A stretch of 64,000 nucleotides of DNA from Candidatus Hadarchaeum sp. (GCF_038871235.1 NZ_JAVZIN010000007.1:22404-86403); one strand, 5' to 3'. Shown: positions 40,407-49,506, numbered from the stretch's first letter. Notes: generated by a model not told the origin, from the sequence alone. A program made the numbers and translations.

Positions 40407-41297
40407 TTGACATTCATGAGTACTCAGCCTTTGAATGCTGAAGTTAAAGACGCCGCCGTTGCCGCGCAGAGGGAGGAGATCAATGGTCACCTCATTTACA
40501 AGAGGCTGGCAACGGTTGCAAGAGATCCGCGCACTAAGGAGATTTTGGAACGGATGGCCACAGATGAACTCAGACACTACAACTTCTGGAAAGAGCACAC
40601 CCAGATCAACGTGAAACCCAGCAGGATGTTGGTTTGGTTTTACGTTTTCGTCTCGAGAATTTTTGGCATAACTTTTGGTTTGAAATTGATGGAAAATAGC
40701 GAGGAGCGAGCTCAAGAAATCTACGATAAATTGTCCAAGTTTGTGGCGGGGGCTGAGGAAATCCTGCGGGACGAGGAGATTCACGAGGACCAACTTATCG
40801 GTTCTGTTAAGGAGGAAAGGCTTGATTATGTTAGCTCCATGGTGCTGGGGTTGAATGACGCGCTGGTAGAGTTAACCGGGGCGTTGGCTGGATTCAGCTT
40901 AGCCTTTCAGAACAGTCTAGTTGTCGCAGTGGCAGGCTTGATCACAGGGATCGCGGCTTCTCTTTCCATGGCCACTTCCGCGTACCTTTCGACGAAGGCG
41001 GAGGGGTCTTCGAAACTTCCGCTCAAGGCCGCGCTTTACACGGGAAGTGCTTATCTGATTACGGTGATGCTACTAATAGCGCCATTTCTCTTATTTCAGG
41101 AGACCATTCTTTCGCTGGGAGTAACGATAACGTTTGCCATCCTCATCATTTTTGTTTTCACCTACTACATTTCCGTGGCTAAGGATCTTCCCTTTAAGAG
41201 AAGATTTGTCGAGATGGCGGCGATTAGCCTGGGGGTTGCCGCGCTGACGTTTTTGATCGGGGTTATTGTCAGGGTGTATCTGGGAATCGAAATCTGA
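40407..41297 (+). CDS. Ferritin-like domain + VIT1/CCC1 membrane fusion (MbfA-like iron exporter)
   Basis: N-terminal E..G...Y, DELRH, E, DEEIH; C-terminal VLGLNDALVE...G, AASLSMA.S.YLS. Confidence 0.9.
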   Translation: MTFMSTQPLNAEVKDAAVAAQREEINGHLIYKRLATVARDPRTKEILERMATDELRHYNFWKEHTQINVKPSRMLVWFYVFVSRIFGITFGLKLMENSEERAQEIYDKLSKFVAGAEEILRDEEIHEDQLIGSVKEERLDYVSSMVLGLNDALVELTGALAGFSLAFQNSLVVAVAGLITGIAASLSMATSAYLSTKAEGSSKLPLKAALYTGSAYLITVMLLIAPFLLFQETILSLGVTITFAILIIFVFTYYISVAKDLPFKRRFVEMAAISLGVAALTFLIGVIVRVYLGIEI

Positions 41298-41389
41298 GAC
41301 TATGGGAGTCGATTTGTCTAGTAGTAGATATTAGAAGTTTAAATGATGGTTTTATAACTCGGGTCTAGCTTAATCAAAAGCTTTTTATA

Positions 41390-41409
41390 TTTTGTGCAAT
41401 AGAACATAA
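41390..41409. promoter_or_regulatory. Putative operator TTTTGTGC-N4-GAACATAA
   Basis: Second copy of the 36929 motif, directly after a TTTTTATA box and before the DUF5320-like gene. Confidence 0.6.
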
Positions 41410-41411
41410 TT

Positions 41412-41678
41412 TTGGTGATATTAATGTGTGGGTGGAGAAGAGCAAGCCAGTATTGGCCTGGCAGAGGGCCGTTCAACTATTTACCCCCATGGGAACGTCC
41501 TGGTTGGCTCTACGGTCCAAGGGCTTGCTGGCGGTTCTATATCCAGAAGGCGCGTCCGGCAAAGGCTTCGCCGGATGTAGATCTCGAATACCTCAAAAAT
41601 TACGCTGAGGAGCTGAAGCGGGAGCTGGAAGACGTTGAATCCAGAATAAAAAGTCTTGAGTCGCAGGGCGAGAGGTAA
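41412..41678 (+). CDS. DUF5320-like small protein (GRGPF..LPPW.RPGW plus coiled coil)
   Basis: WPGRGPF..LPPWERPGW.YG..AC motif and C-terminal heptad repeat. Confidence 0.75.
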   Translation: MVILMCGWRRASQYWPGRGPFNYLPPWERPGWLYGPRACWRFYIQKARPAKASPDVDLEYLKNYAEELKRELEDVESRIKSLESQGER

Positions 41679-41694
41679 CTGGTTGTGAGATATT

Positions 41695-42039
41695 ATGGCT
41701 AAGGTCAAGATAGCCATCGCCACTGATGGGCGCAAGGGCTTGGGAGACGAGGTGGCGGAGCACTTCGCCAAGGCGGAGACCTTCACCATTGTCACGATCG
41801 AGGGCAAAAAAGCCCATGTTGAAATCATGGAGAATCCAGCGGCAAAATTGTTAAAAGGAAGAGGCCCAACCGTGGTTCGTTTGCTCAGGGATAATGGGGT
41901 GAATACAGTGGTAGCAGGCGGTTTCGGCTCGGGGTCATTGGCTCTCCTCAGGCAGGGGGGATTTTGCGTAGCGAGGGTGCAGCCTAAGGTTAAAGTCAGT
42001 GAAGTTATCCGAAGTGAGCTTTACAAGAACACCTTTTGA
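41695..42039 (+). CDS. NifB/NifX-family (FeMo-cofactor-binding fold) protein
   Basis: KIAIAT, VAEHFAKA..F, ENP, G.G......L...GV..VV.G.FG.G. Confidence 0.88.
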   Translation: MAKVKIAIATDGRKGLGDEVAEHFAKAETFTIVTIEGKKAHVEIMENPAAKLLKGRGPTVVRLLRDNGVNTVVAGGFGSGSLALLRQGGFCVARVQPKVKVSEVIRSELYKNTF

Positions 42040-42120
42040 GGTCATGTTGATTGTAAAGCATTAGTCATACATTGGCTCTTTTTTAATCGTTTTCTGAGTA
42101 GGAGAGGATTGGAAGCTCTT

Positions 42121-42549
42121 TTACTCCTTTATCTTTTCTAAGACGATCGCCGGACAAACCTTTTTCACTCCCTCTATCATGCCTATTTTTTTCGAGAGAA
42201 TTTGCGACAGTTCCCTACCATCACTAGCCCAGATCTCGGTCATTATCATGTGGTCGCCAGCGGATGTGGCCACGTATCTGGTCTCCGGCAGCTCGGCCAG
42301 TTTTTGGGCAATCTCCAGAAGTTTATCCGGGGCCGCGTCGATGCCGACAACGGCGATGGTGCTGAAGCCGATTTTGGCCGGATCTATTACGATGGAGAAT
42401 TTCCTAATCACTTTTTTTTCCTTCAGTGAGAGGACCCTTTTTCGCACCGTTGATTCGTTCAGCTTGAGCTTTCTCGCCATCTCGGTAAATGAGATGCTCC
42501 CGTCCTCCTCGAGCATCCTTATAATCTTCAGATCAAGCTCGTCAACCAT
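42121..42549 (-). CDS. Lrp/AsnC regulator, LrpA/Ptr2 type
   Basis: D.LD.KI...L..D....F..A..L...ESTVRKR; GDHMIMTEIWA.DG and KVCPAI.LE as in Pyrococcus LrpA and Methanocaldococcus Ptr2. Confidence 0.92.
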   Translation of the reverse strand: MVDELDLKIIRMLEEDGSISFTEMARKLKLNESTVRKRVLSLKEKKVIRKFSIVIDPAKIGFSTIAVVGIDAAPDKLLEIAQKLAELPETRYVATSAGDHMIMTEIWASDGRELSQILSKKIGMIEGVKKVCPAIVLEKIKE

Positions 42550-42593
42550 GATTTCATCCGATTTAATATTATTTTCTGCTATATAAATCCTAT

Positions 42594-42605
42594 TTTCGGA
42601 CGAAA
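42594..42605. promoter_or_regulatory. Palindrome TTTCG-GA-CGAAA in divergent lrp/rubrerythrin promoter region
   Basis: Inverted repeat between two opposing TATA-like boxes; candidate Lrp site. Confidence 0.4.
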
Positions 42606-42651
42606 GTTTAATAAATTAGTAAATAAATCTATTTTTACAGGAAGGGATTTT

Positions 42652-43155
42652 ATGAGGAAAATGACCGAGAAGAATTTGAAAGAAGCCTTTGCTGGAGAAA
42701 GCCAGGCCCACATGAAGTACGCCATCTTTGCGGAAAAAGCCGAAGAGGATGGCCTTAAGAACGTAGCCAGACTTTTTAGAGCCATATCCTTTGCCGAGCT
42801 TGTGCATGCGAAAAACCATCTCAAGGCGCTGGGACAAATGGGGGACTCGATGGACAATCTACAGACGGCGATTGATGGGGAGACCTATGAAGTTGAGGAG
42901 ATGTATCCGGCGTTTAGAGCAGTAGCGGATCTACAGAATGAGCGGGGGGCGCAGCAGAGTATTAATTACGCTTTGCAGGCGGAGAAGGTACATGCTGGGA
43001 TGTATCAGAGCGCTAAGCAAGCCGTGGCCAGCGGCTCGGATATTAAAATCGGAGCCATCTACATCTGCAAAAAGTGCGGTTATACGGTCGAGGGTGAGGC
43101 GCCAAAAAGATGTCCCATTTGCGGGGCTCCGAGCGCAGAATTTAAGGAGTTCTAG
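42652..43155 (+). CDS. rbr: Rubrerythrin
   Basis: AFAGESQA, AELVHA, GETYE..EMY, AEKVH; C-terminal C..CGY...CPICG. Confidence 0.95.
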   Translation: MRKMTEKNLKEAFAGESQAHMKYAIFAEKAEEDGLKNVARLFRAISFAELVHAKNHLKALGQMGDSMDNLQTAIDGETYEVEEMYPAFRAVADLQNERGAQQSINYALQAEKVHAGMYQSAKQAVASGSDIKIGAIYICKKCGYTVEGEAPKRCPICGAPSAEFKEF

Positions 43156-43176
43156 GGAATAGATACAGATGGAGGT

Positions 43177-43518
43177 ATGGGCTTGATAAAGTGGAAATGT
43201 ACTGTTTGCGGCTATATTTTCGACGGTGAAAGCCCACCGGAGAAATGTCCCAACTGCGGTGCACCGAAGGAAAAATTTGAGAAGCTTTCAGAGGAAAAGG
43301 CGCAGTTGATCGAGAGGTCCAGGTACACTAACGATCTCCACGTTTCACTGCAGAAGCTACTTGGTGAGGTCCTAGCTGTTGCTGAAAACGGAATCAGGGA
43401 CAACCTTGATCCCAGATGTTTGGAGATATTTACTCAGGCTAAGGAGATGGCCTGGACCATAAGGCAGAGGTCCAAAACAGAAGTTCAGACCCACGTTGGC
43501 AAAGGGAAGTGGGGATAA
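43177..43518 (+). CDS. Rubredoxin-like domain protein with helical C-terminal domain
   Basis: KWKCTVCGY...PP.KCP.CG.P..KF followed by TN.LH...LDP.C...E...H..KGKWG. Confidence 0.85.
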   Translation: MGLIKWKCTVCGYIFDGESPPEKCPNCGAPKEKFEKLSEEKAQLIERSRYTNDLHVSLQKLLGEVLAVAENGIRDNLDPRCLEIFTQAKEMAWTIRQRSKTEVQTHVGKGKWG

Positions 43519-43561
43519 GCCAGACCTAAGTCGTTTGGCGTAAAAATGGGAGGTGTAAAAA

Positions 43562-44215
43562 ATGGAGGAGGGTTTAGAAGTTAAAACGCTGCCGAGGCTA
43601 GGTGAAAAAGCGCCCGAGTTTGAGGCCGTGACCACACAGGGAAAGCTGAAGCTATCTGATTTTCGTGGCAGCTGGCTCATCATGTTTTCCCACCCGGCGG
43701 ATTTCACACCGGTCTGCACCACCGAGTTCATCGCCTTTGCGAAGATTTACGATGAGCTTCAAAAGAGAAACGTTCAGCTCTTGGGGTTAAGTGTTGACAG
43801 CGTGAATTCTCATATCGCTTGGATAAGGAACATCGAGGAGAAGTTCGGCGTGAAGATACCATTTCCGGTGATCGCTGATTTGGATAAGAAGGTTTCTCAG
43901 CTCTATGGGATGATAATGCCTGGGGAGAGCAAGACTGAAACAACACGGTGCGTCTTTGTGATCGATCCCAACGGCATCGTTCGAGCAATGATTTACTACC
44001 CACTGACGACGGGGAGGAACACTGATGAAATACTCAGGTTAATCGACGCATTGCAGACTACCGATGAGCACCATGTCGCCACGCCGGCTAACTGGCGGCC
44101 TGGCGATGATGTTATTGTTCCGCCACCGAACACACAGGAGGCGGCCGAGGAAAGGCTGAAACAGGGCTACGAATGCAAGGACTGGTACTTCTGCAAAAAG
44201 AAGCTGCCGAGGTGA
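43562..44215 (+). CDS. Peroxiredoxin (Prx6/archaeal type)
   Basis: [32 protein letters not shown]. Confidence 0.95.
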   Translation: MEEGLEVKTLPRLGEKAPEFEAVTTQGKLKLSDFRGSWLIMFSHPADFTPVCTTEFIAFAKIYDELQKRNVQLLGLSVDSVNSHIAWIRNIEEKFGVKIPFPVIADLDKKVSQLYGMIMPGESKTETTRCVFVIDPNGIVRAMIYYPLTTGRNTDEILRLIDALQTTDEHHVATPANWRPGDDVIVPPPNTQEAAEERLKQGYECKDWYFCKKKLPR

Positions 44216-44219
44216 GGGC

Positions 44220-44438
44220 TTGGCCTGTATATCGCCGGACGGCAAGCCCACGGAATCAGGTCGGAAGTTGCTCCTGGCGGTTAGGGAAAAGCGAACTCCT
44301 GAGGAGATAGCCGAGGAGACCAAGCTGCCGCTATTCCGGGTGAGGAGCGGGTTGAGGGAGCTGGCTGCAGCCGGCTTTGTCCGCGAGGAGCAAGGAAAAT
44401 ACATTTTGACTGAATCCGGGTTGCGCGCAACAGTGTAG
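44220..44438 (+). CDS. Small winged-helix protein with N-terminal Cys (MACISPDG)
   Basis: EEIA.....PLFRVRSGLREL...G.V...GKY.LT..G; SD GAGGTG upstream. Confidence 0.82.
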   Translation: MACISPDGKPTESGRKLLLAVREKRTPEEIAEETKLPLFRVRSGLRELAAAGFVREEQGKYILTESGLRATV

Positions 44439-44471
44439 GATTGAAAATCAGTCATTAAAAATTTTAAGGAG

Positions 44472-45032
44472 GTGGGAAAAATGGCAAAGGTAGCTCGGGA
44501 GATGGTACAAAGGTCGGGCGTTAACGTCGACGAACTCGTCGATTTGCTGGTGAAGAACGCGGCGGCCGAGCTGACGACTTATTACTACTACACCATATTG
44601 AGGGTAAACCTGATTGGTCTCGAGGGTGAGGGTATCAAGGAGATTGCCGAGACCGCAAGAATTGAGGATCGGAACCATTTTGAGGCCCTAGTGCCGCGAA
44701 TATACGAACTTGGTGGAAAACTTCCGGAAAACATGAAGGATTTTCACGACTGCTCAGCATGTCCACCGGCGAGCCTGCCCAAGGATCCGACGGACATCAG
44801 AGCGATGTTGAAGGTGCTCGTTGAGGCGGAGAGATGCGCGGTGAGGGGCTACACGCACATCTGCAACCTGACCGCGGGCAAGGATCATCGCACCTACGAC
44901 CTGTCTCTGTCGATTCTAAATGAAGAGATTGAGCACGAGTCCTGGTTTTCGGAGTTCTTGGGTGAAGGGCCTTCCGGACATTATCTGAGACGCGGAGAGA
45001 CGTCACCGTTTGTTTCGAAGTTCCTGAAGTAG
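44472..45032 (+). CDS. DPS-like (DPSL, thioferritin) DNA-protection protein
   Basis: AAAELTTYYYY, EDRNHFE, SACPP, AERCA, EEIEHE.WF match the Sulfolobus/Pyrococcus DPSL pattern. Confidence 0.93.
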   Translation: MGKMAKVAREMVQRSGVNVDELVDLLVKNAAAELTTYYYYTILRVNLIGLEGEGIKEIAETARIEDRNHFEALVPRIYELGGKLPENMKDFHDCSACPPASLPKDPTDIRAMLKVLVEAERCAVRGYTHICNLTAGKDHRTYDLSLSILNEEIEHESWFSEFLGEGPSGHYLRRGETSPFVSKFLK

Positions 45033-45060
45033 GGGGCTTTTAGCCCCTTTTTATTTTTTT
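45031..45060 (+). terminator. Hairpin plus U-tract terminator after DPSL
   Basis: GGGGCT-TTT-AGCCCC followed by TTTTTATTTTTTT. Confidence 0.7.
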
Positions 45061-45073
45061 AAGTGGATTATTT

Positions 45074-45319
45074 TTGAATGGTAAGATGAGAAAGTTCACC
45101 AAGGAGGAACTGGCCAGTTACAATGGCAGGGAGGGGAAACCAGCCTATGTTGCCTATAAGGGAAAGGTGTATGATGTCTCCTCTAGTTTTCTCTGGAAGG
45201 GGGGCAGACATCAGGCCGGACACAAGGCCGGCGAGGATTTAACCGAGGCCATGAGCAAAGCACCGCATGGTGAGGATTTTTTGAGTAAGTTCCCCGTGGT
45301 GGGAATTCTCGAGCGTTAG
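45074..45319 (+). CDS. Cytochrome b5-like heme/steroid-binding domain protein
   Basis: FT.EEL..YNG..G.PAYVAY.G.VYDVS, W..G.H...H.AG.DLT, APHG. Confidence 0.9.
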   Translation: MNGKMRKFTKEELASYNGREGKPAYVAYKGKVYDVSSSFLWKGGRHQAGHKAGEDLTEAMSKAPHGEDFLSKFPVVGILER

Positions 45320-45385
45320 ATGTTTATAAAAATTAGTAGCACGAAGTGAACCTGATGGTTTAGGTGCGGGAAATGGATTGATTTT

Positions 45386-46198
45386 ATGCTTGACTTTTTT
45401 CAGAATCTTCATCCGTTGATACAGACGCTCTTAGCCACAATATTTACTTGGGGGCTGACGGCTCTGGGTGCGGCGGGGGTTTTCTTCCTCAAGGGATTCA
45501 ATAGAAAAATAATGGATGCGATGCTTGGCTTGGCAGCTGGCGTGATGATCTCTGCCAGCTTTTGGTCGCTGCTGTTGCCTGCGATCGAGCTATCGACCGG
45601 AAGCGGTTCTCCGAGCTGGTTTCCGGCCGCTGTGGGGTTTGTTTTTGGAGGCATTTTTCTTCTGGTAATTGACAGAATACTGCCACATTTGCATCTAGGT
45701 CTTCCGGATGAAAAGGCCGAAGGCATTAAGACGACTTGGCATCGAACCACGCTGCTGATCTTGGCGATAACTCTGCATAATATACCTGAAGGGTTGGCCG
45801 TCGGCGTTGCCTTCGGTGCCGCGGCTTCAAATCTTCCCTTTGCCACGCTGGCTGGGGCCATCTCATTGGCCGTGGGCATCGGCATCCAGAACTTCCCCGA
45901 GGGCCTTGCCGTTTCCCTGCCGCTCAGGCGCGAGGGCAAGTCACGGTTGAAAAGCTTCTGGTACGGGCAACTGTCTGCTGTCGTGGAACCTGTTGCGGCC
46001 GTGATCGGAGCGGCGGCGGTCATGACAACTCGTTTGATCCTGCCTTATGCCTTAGCATTCGCCGCTGGCGCGATGATATTCGTGGTCATCGAGGAGCTGG
46101 TTCCGGAGTCACAGACAGGCGGCAACCCAGATCTGGCCACCATTGGCGCCATGCTGGGATTTGTAGTAATGATGATATTGGACGTGGCCTTCGGTTAG
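45386..46198 (+). CDS. ZIP family metal transporter (GufA-like)
   Basis: AAGVM..ASFWSLL.PA, PHLH, LHNIPEG, IQNFPEG, EELVPE. Confidence 0.94.
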   Translation: MLDFFQNLHPLIQTLLATIFTWGLTALGAAGVFFLKGFNRKIMDAMLGLAAGVMISASFWSLLLPAIELSTGSGSPSWFPAAVGFVFGGIFLLVIDRILPHLHLGLPDEKAEGIKTTWHRTTLLILAITLHNIPEGLAVGVAFGAAASNLPFATLAGAISLAVGIGIQNFPEGLAVSLPLRREGKSRLKSFWYGQLSAVVEPVAAVIGAAAVMTTRLILPYALAFAAGAMIFVVIEELVPESQTGGNPDLATIGAMLGFVVMMILDVAFG

Positions 46199-46248
46199 TT
46201 TCTCTTCGCCGTGCTGAAGCTCTTAAACATGAAAGTTCAACATTTAAT

Positions 46249-46546
46249 TGCCGGCGAGCTGGTGGGCGACTGTCGGGCGTAAGCCTGAGGAAATTCCGTC
46301 CATCGGGCAGGTCCGCGGCCCCGCAAGGGTACGGTCGAGAGATCGGGAAGATGGAACAGAAACGACACCCCGCGACTCGCGCCGTGATGCGTAAACGCTG
46401 AGGTCGTGTCGTTGGGGATGAAACGGCCATCACGCGGGATGCAAGGGCAAATTGCCGCCGATGAACGCCTGCCGGAGGTGGGTGGTAGCCCGCTTAGCTG
46501 AATGTCGCCTGAAAACAGAAGACGGATTACGGCCAGCACGCCGGCA
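46249..46546 (+). ncRNA. rnpB: Archaeal RNase P RNA
   Basis: P1 TGCCGGCG..GCTGG pairs with CCAGC.CGCCGGCA. CR-I GAGGAAATTCCGTCC pairs with CR-V ACAGAAGACGGATTA (P4). Also GGAACAGAAAC, GATGAAACGG, GCAAG and GCTTAGCTGAATG. Confidence 0.93.
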
Positions 46547-46579
46547 TTATTTTTAACAAAATGAGATGATGGTTAATAA

Positions 46580-48775
46580 ATGAGAGACCACATTCACGGC
46601 TCACAGGGGCACATGGGGCACGGCGCTCATGCCCATCACCTTCACGATTTCAAGAGAAGGCTTCTGGTCTCCGCTATTCTCACCGTTCCCGTTCTGATTC
46701 TTTCAGAGATGATCCAGATGTGGTTCGGCTTCTCCATCTTAATACCCTATCAGGGATTGGTGCTGCTTCTCGTTTCAGTTCCCATCTACGTTTACGGCGG
46801 CTGGCCTTTTCTGGCTGGCTTGGTTGAGGAGATAAGGTCACGTCAGCCCGGGATGATGACCCTTATTGGTATGGCGATTTCCGTGGCCTTCTTCTACTCG
46901 GCGGCCACGGTTCTTGGGGCCTTCGGGATGGATTTTTTCTGGGAACTCGCCACGCTGATTGACGTGATGCTGTTAGGCCATTGGATTGAAGCGAAAAGCG
47001 TCTTGGGTGCCTCGATGGCGCTGGAAGAGCTGGCTCGGATAATACCGACGGCCGCACACCTAGTTGAAGAGGGTGTGGTGAGGGACATCCCTGTCTCGGA
47101 ACTAAAGCCCGGGCAGGTGGTGCTGGTTCGTCCCGGTGAGAGAATACCCTCAGACGGAATCGTGATTGAGGGTGAGTCCTCAGTGAACGAGTCCTTTTTG
47201 ACGGGGGAGTCGATGCCGGTGCCCAAGGGAGCCGGGGCGAAGGTCATCGGCGGGGGGATAAATGAGGAGGGAGCCCTGAAGGTGAGGGTGGAAAAGACGG
47301 GCGAGGAGACCTACCTGGCGCAGGTCATCAAGCTGGTGAAACAGGCGCAGGAGAGCCGATCGAGGACTCAAGATCTGGCCAACAGGGCCGCCGCGCTGCT
47401 TTTCTACATTGCCCTTGGTGTTGGGATTTTGGCCTACGTCGCTTGGTCGCTCGTTTCAGACCCGGGCTTTGCGATAGAGCGATCCGTTACCGTCATGGTG
47501 ATCGCCTGTCCCCACGCTCTTGGTCTGGCCATACCTCTCGTCGTTGCCATCTCCACCTCCATCACCGCGAGGAGCGGGATTCTCATCAGGGATAGAAAGG
47601 CCTTTGAGGCGATTAGAAATGTGGATGCGGTTGTTTTTGACAAGACGGGGACACTGACGGAGGGGAAGCTCGGCGTCACCGATGTAGTTTCCTTCACCTC
47701 CGAGGAGGAACTTCTGAGGTTCACCGCCAGCATTGAACTCAACTCCGAACACATGATTGCCAAGGCCATCGTGGAGCACGCCCGGAAGAGGAATGTTGAT
47801 ATTCCCGTCGCCGAGGATTTTAAAGCGATACCGGGCAGAGGCGCCAGAGGCAGAGTTCTGGGGAAGGAGGTTTATGTGGGCGGCCCCAACCTGCTGAAGG
47901 ATCTGAAAAAGGAGACGGCTGATTCTAGAATAAAAGAACTTCAAGAGGGAGGAAAAACCGTCATCTTCACCCTAATAGAAGGTGAGTTGGCTGGGGCCTT
48001 TGCCCTCGCGGACAGGATCAGGGCCGAGTCCTATGAGGCGGTTAGAAGGCTCAAGGAGATGGGCCTGAAGGTCTACATGATCACGGGTGACTCTGAGAAT
48101 GTCGCCCGCCGTGTCGCCGATGAACTCAAAGTTGATGATTACTTTGCCCAGGTTTTGCCCGAGGAAAAGGCGGAGAAGGTTAAGGCTTTAAGGGAGGCCG
48201 GGCAGCGGGTGGCGATGGTGGGCGACGGGATCAACGATGCACCAGCGCTGGTCACGGCCGACGTCGGCATTGCCATCGGCGCCGGCACTGACGTGGCGAT
48301 TGAGAGCGCCGACATAATTTTGGTGAGAAATGATCCTAGGGACGTGATCAAAGTCATGGAACTTTCCCGGCGGACCTACTCCAAGATGGTTCAGAATATC
48401 TGGTGGGCGGCGGGGTACAACATCATCGCCATCCCCTTGGCGTCCGGAGTTCTTTCAGGACTGGGGATAGTTCTGAGTCCTGCGGTTGGTGCTATCGTGA
48501 TGTCGCTGAGCACGGTCATCGTGGCGGTTAATGCCCAGACGCTGAGGAGATATGGGCCGAAGGTTCCAAAGCTGGAAGGTAAAATCCAGATGGTTAAAGA
48601 CCCCGTGTGCGGGATGGAGCTTCGACCCGAGGAAGCCTTCAGCAGGATCGAACAGAATGGCCACATCATCTATTTCTGTTCCCAGATCTGCGAGGAGAAG
48701 TTCAGGCAGAATCCTGCGCGGTACTTGCCCTCCGTGGAAAACCCAGAGGCAGCGGAGCACAAGCATCATCACTGA
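46580..48775 (+). CDS. copB: Copper-translocating P1B-type ATPase, CopB-like, with C-terminal YHS domain
   Basis: His-rich N-terminus, TGES, CPHALG, DKTGTLT, GDGINDAP, YN, MSLS; tail KDPVCGM...YFCS..C..KF. Confidence 0.92.
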   Translation: MRDHIHGSQGHMGHGAHAHHLHDFKRRLLVSAILTVPVLILSEMIQMWFGFSILIPYQGLVLLLVSVPIYVYGGWPFLAGLVEEIRSRQPGMMTLIGMAISVAFFYSAATVLGAFGMDFFWELATLIDVMLLGHWIEAKSVLGASMALEELARIIPTAAHLVEEGVVRDIPVSELKPGQVVLVRPGERIPSDGIVIEGESSVNESFLTGESMPVPKGAGAKVIGGGINEEGALKVRVEKTGEETYLAQVIKLVKQAQESRSRTQDLANRAAALLFYIALGVGILAYVAWSLVSDPGFAIERSVTVMVIACPHALGLAIPLVVAISTSITARSGILIRDRKAFEAIRNVDAVVFDKTGTLTEGKLGVTDVVSFTSEEELLRFTASIELNSEHMIAKAIVEHARKRNVDIPVAEDFKAIPGRGARGRVLGKEVYVGGPNLLKDLKKETADSRIKELQEGGKTVIFTLIEGELAGAFALADRIRAESYEAVRRLKEMGLKVYMITGDSENVARRVADELKVDDYFAQVLPEEKAEKVKALREAGQRVAMVGDGINDAPALVTADVGIAIGAGTDVAIESADIILVRNDPRDVIKVMELSRRTYSKMVQNIWWAAGYNIIAIPLASGVLSGLGIVLSPAVGAIVMSLSTVIVAVNAQTLRRYGPKVPKLEGKIQMVKDPVCGMELRPEEAFSRIEQNGHIIYFCSQICEEKFRQNPARYLPSVENPEAAEHKHHH

Positions 48776-48906
48776 TGTTTTCTGCAAGCGGTCAATATTT
48801 TGATCATGTTATCGGAAAATCAAGCAACCATGGAAAAAAATAAGACAAATCCAGATGACGGTTTCAAGCTTTTGAGTTTGAGGAACAACTAGAACAGGGT
48901 GAATGG

Positions 48907-49506
48907 GTGCCGGAACTTGGGATAATCAAGAGCCCCGATGTTGAAAGAAGAGACAGAGTTCCTCCGGGGCAAAGACTGGTCGATCAGTGGCCGGTACTTC
49001 ACTATGGCCAGGTCCAAAGGATAAATCCTGCTCACTGGACCTTCACCGTGTCCGGCCTCGTGGAAAAGGAGCTGAGGCTGAGCTATCAGGAATTCATGTC
49101 GCTGCCGCGTGTTAGGGTTCTTTCGGACATCCACTGCGTCACCGGGTGGTCAAGGCTGGACAATCTTTGGGAGGGCGTGAGCACATCTCAGCTGAAAAAA
49201 CTGGTCAGAATTCTGCCTCGAGCAAAGTTCGTCATCGTTCAATCTACGGGAGGGTTTACCACCAATCTTCAACTCAGCGACTTTTTTGAGCCGGATGTGC
49301 TCTTCGCGGTCAAACACGATGGAAAGCCGCTTACTCCGGAGCACGGTTATCCGGTGAGGCTGGTGGTGCCGAGGCTGTACTTCTGGAAGAGCGCGAAATG
49401 GGTTACTGGGGTAGAGTTCACGTCCGAGGATAGACCAGGCTTCTGGGAGAGCCATGGTTATCACAATCACGGTGATCCTTGGAAGGAAGAGAGGTACTCC
49501 AGCTGA
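48907..49506 (+). CDS. Sulfite-oxidase-like molybdopterin oxidoreductase (YuiH-like)
   Basis: RVPPGQ, DIHCVTGWS, HGYPVRLVVP..YFWKSAKW, GFWE..GY. Confidence 0.92.
   Translation: MPELGIIKSPDVERRDRVPPGQRLVDQWPVLHYGQVQRINPAHWTFTVSGLVEKELRLSYQEFMSLPRVRVLSDIHCVTGWSRLDNLWEGVSTSQLKKLVRILPRAKFVIVQSTGGFTTNLQLSDFFEPDVLFAVKHDGKPLTPEHGYPVRLVVPRLYFWKSAKWVTGVEFTSEDRPGFWESHGYHNHGDPWKEERYSS

Noticed and set aside
46086-46539. Minus-strand ORFs of 115 and 100 aa
   Set aside because: They are antisense to the RNase P RNA and have no protein-like features.
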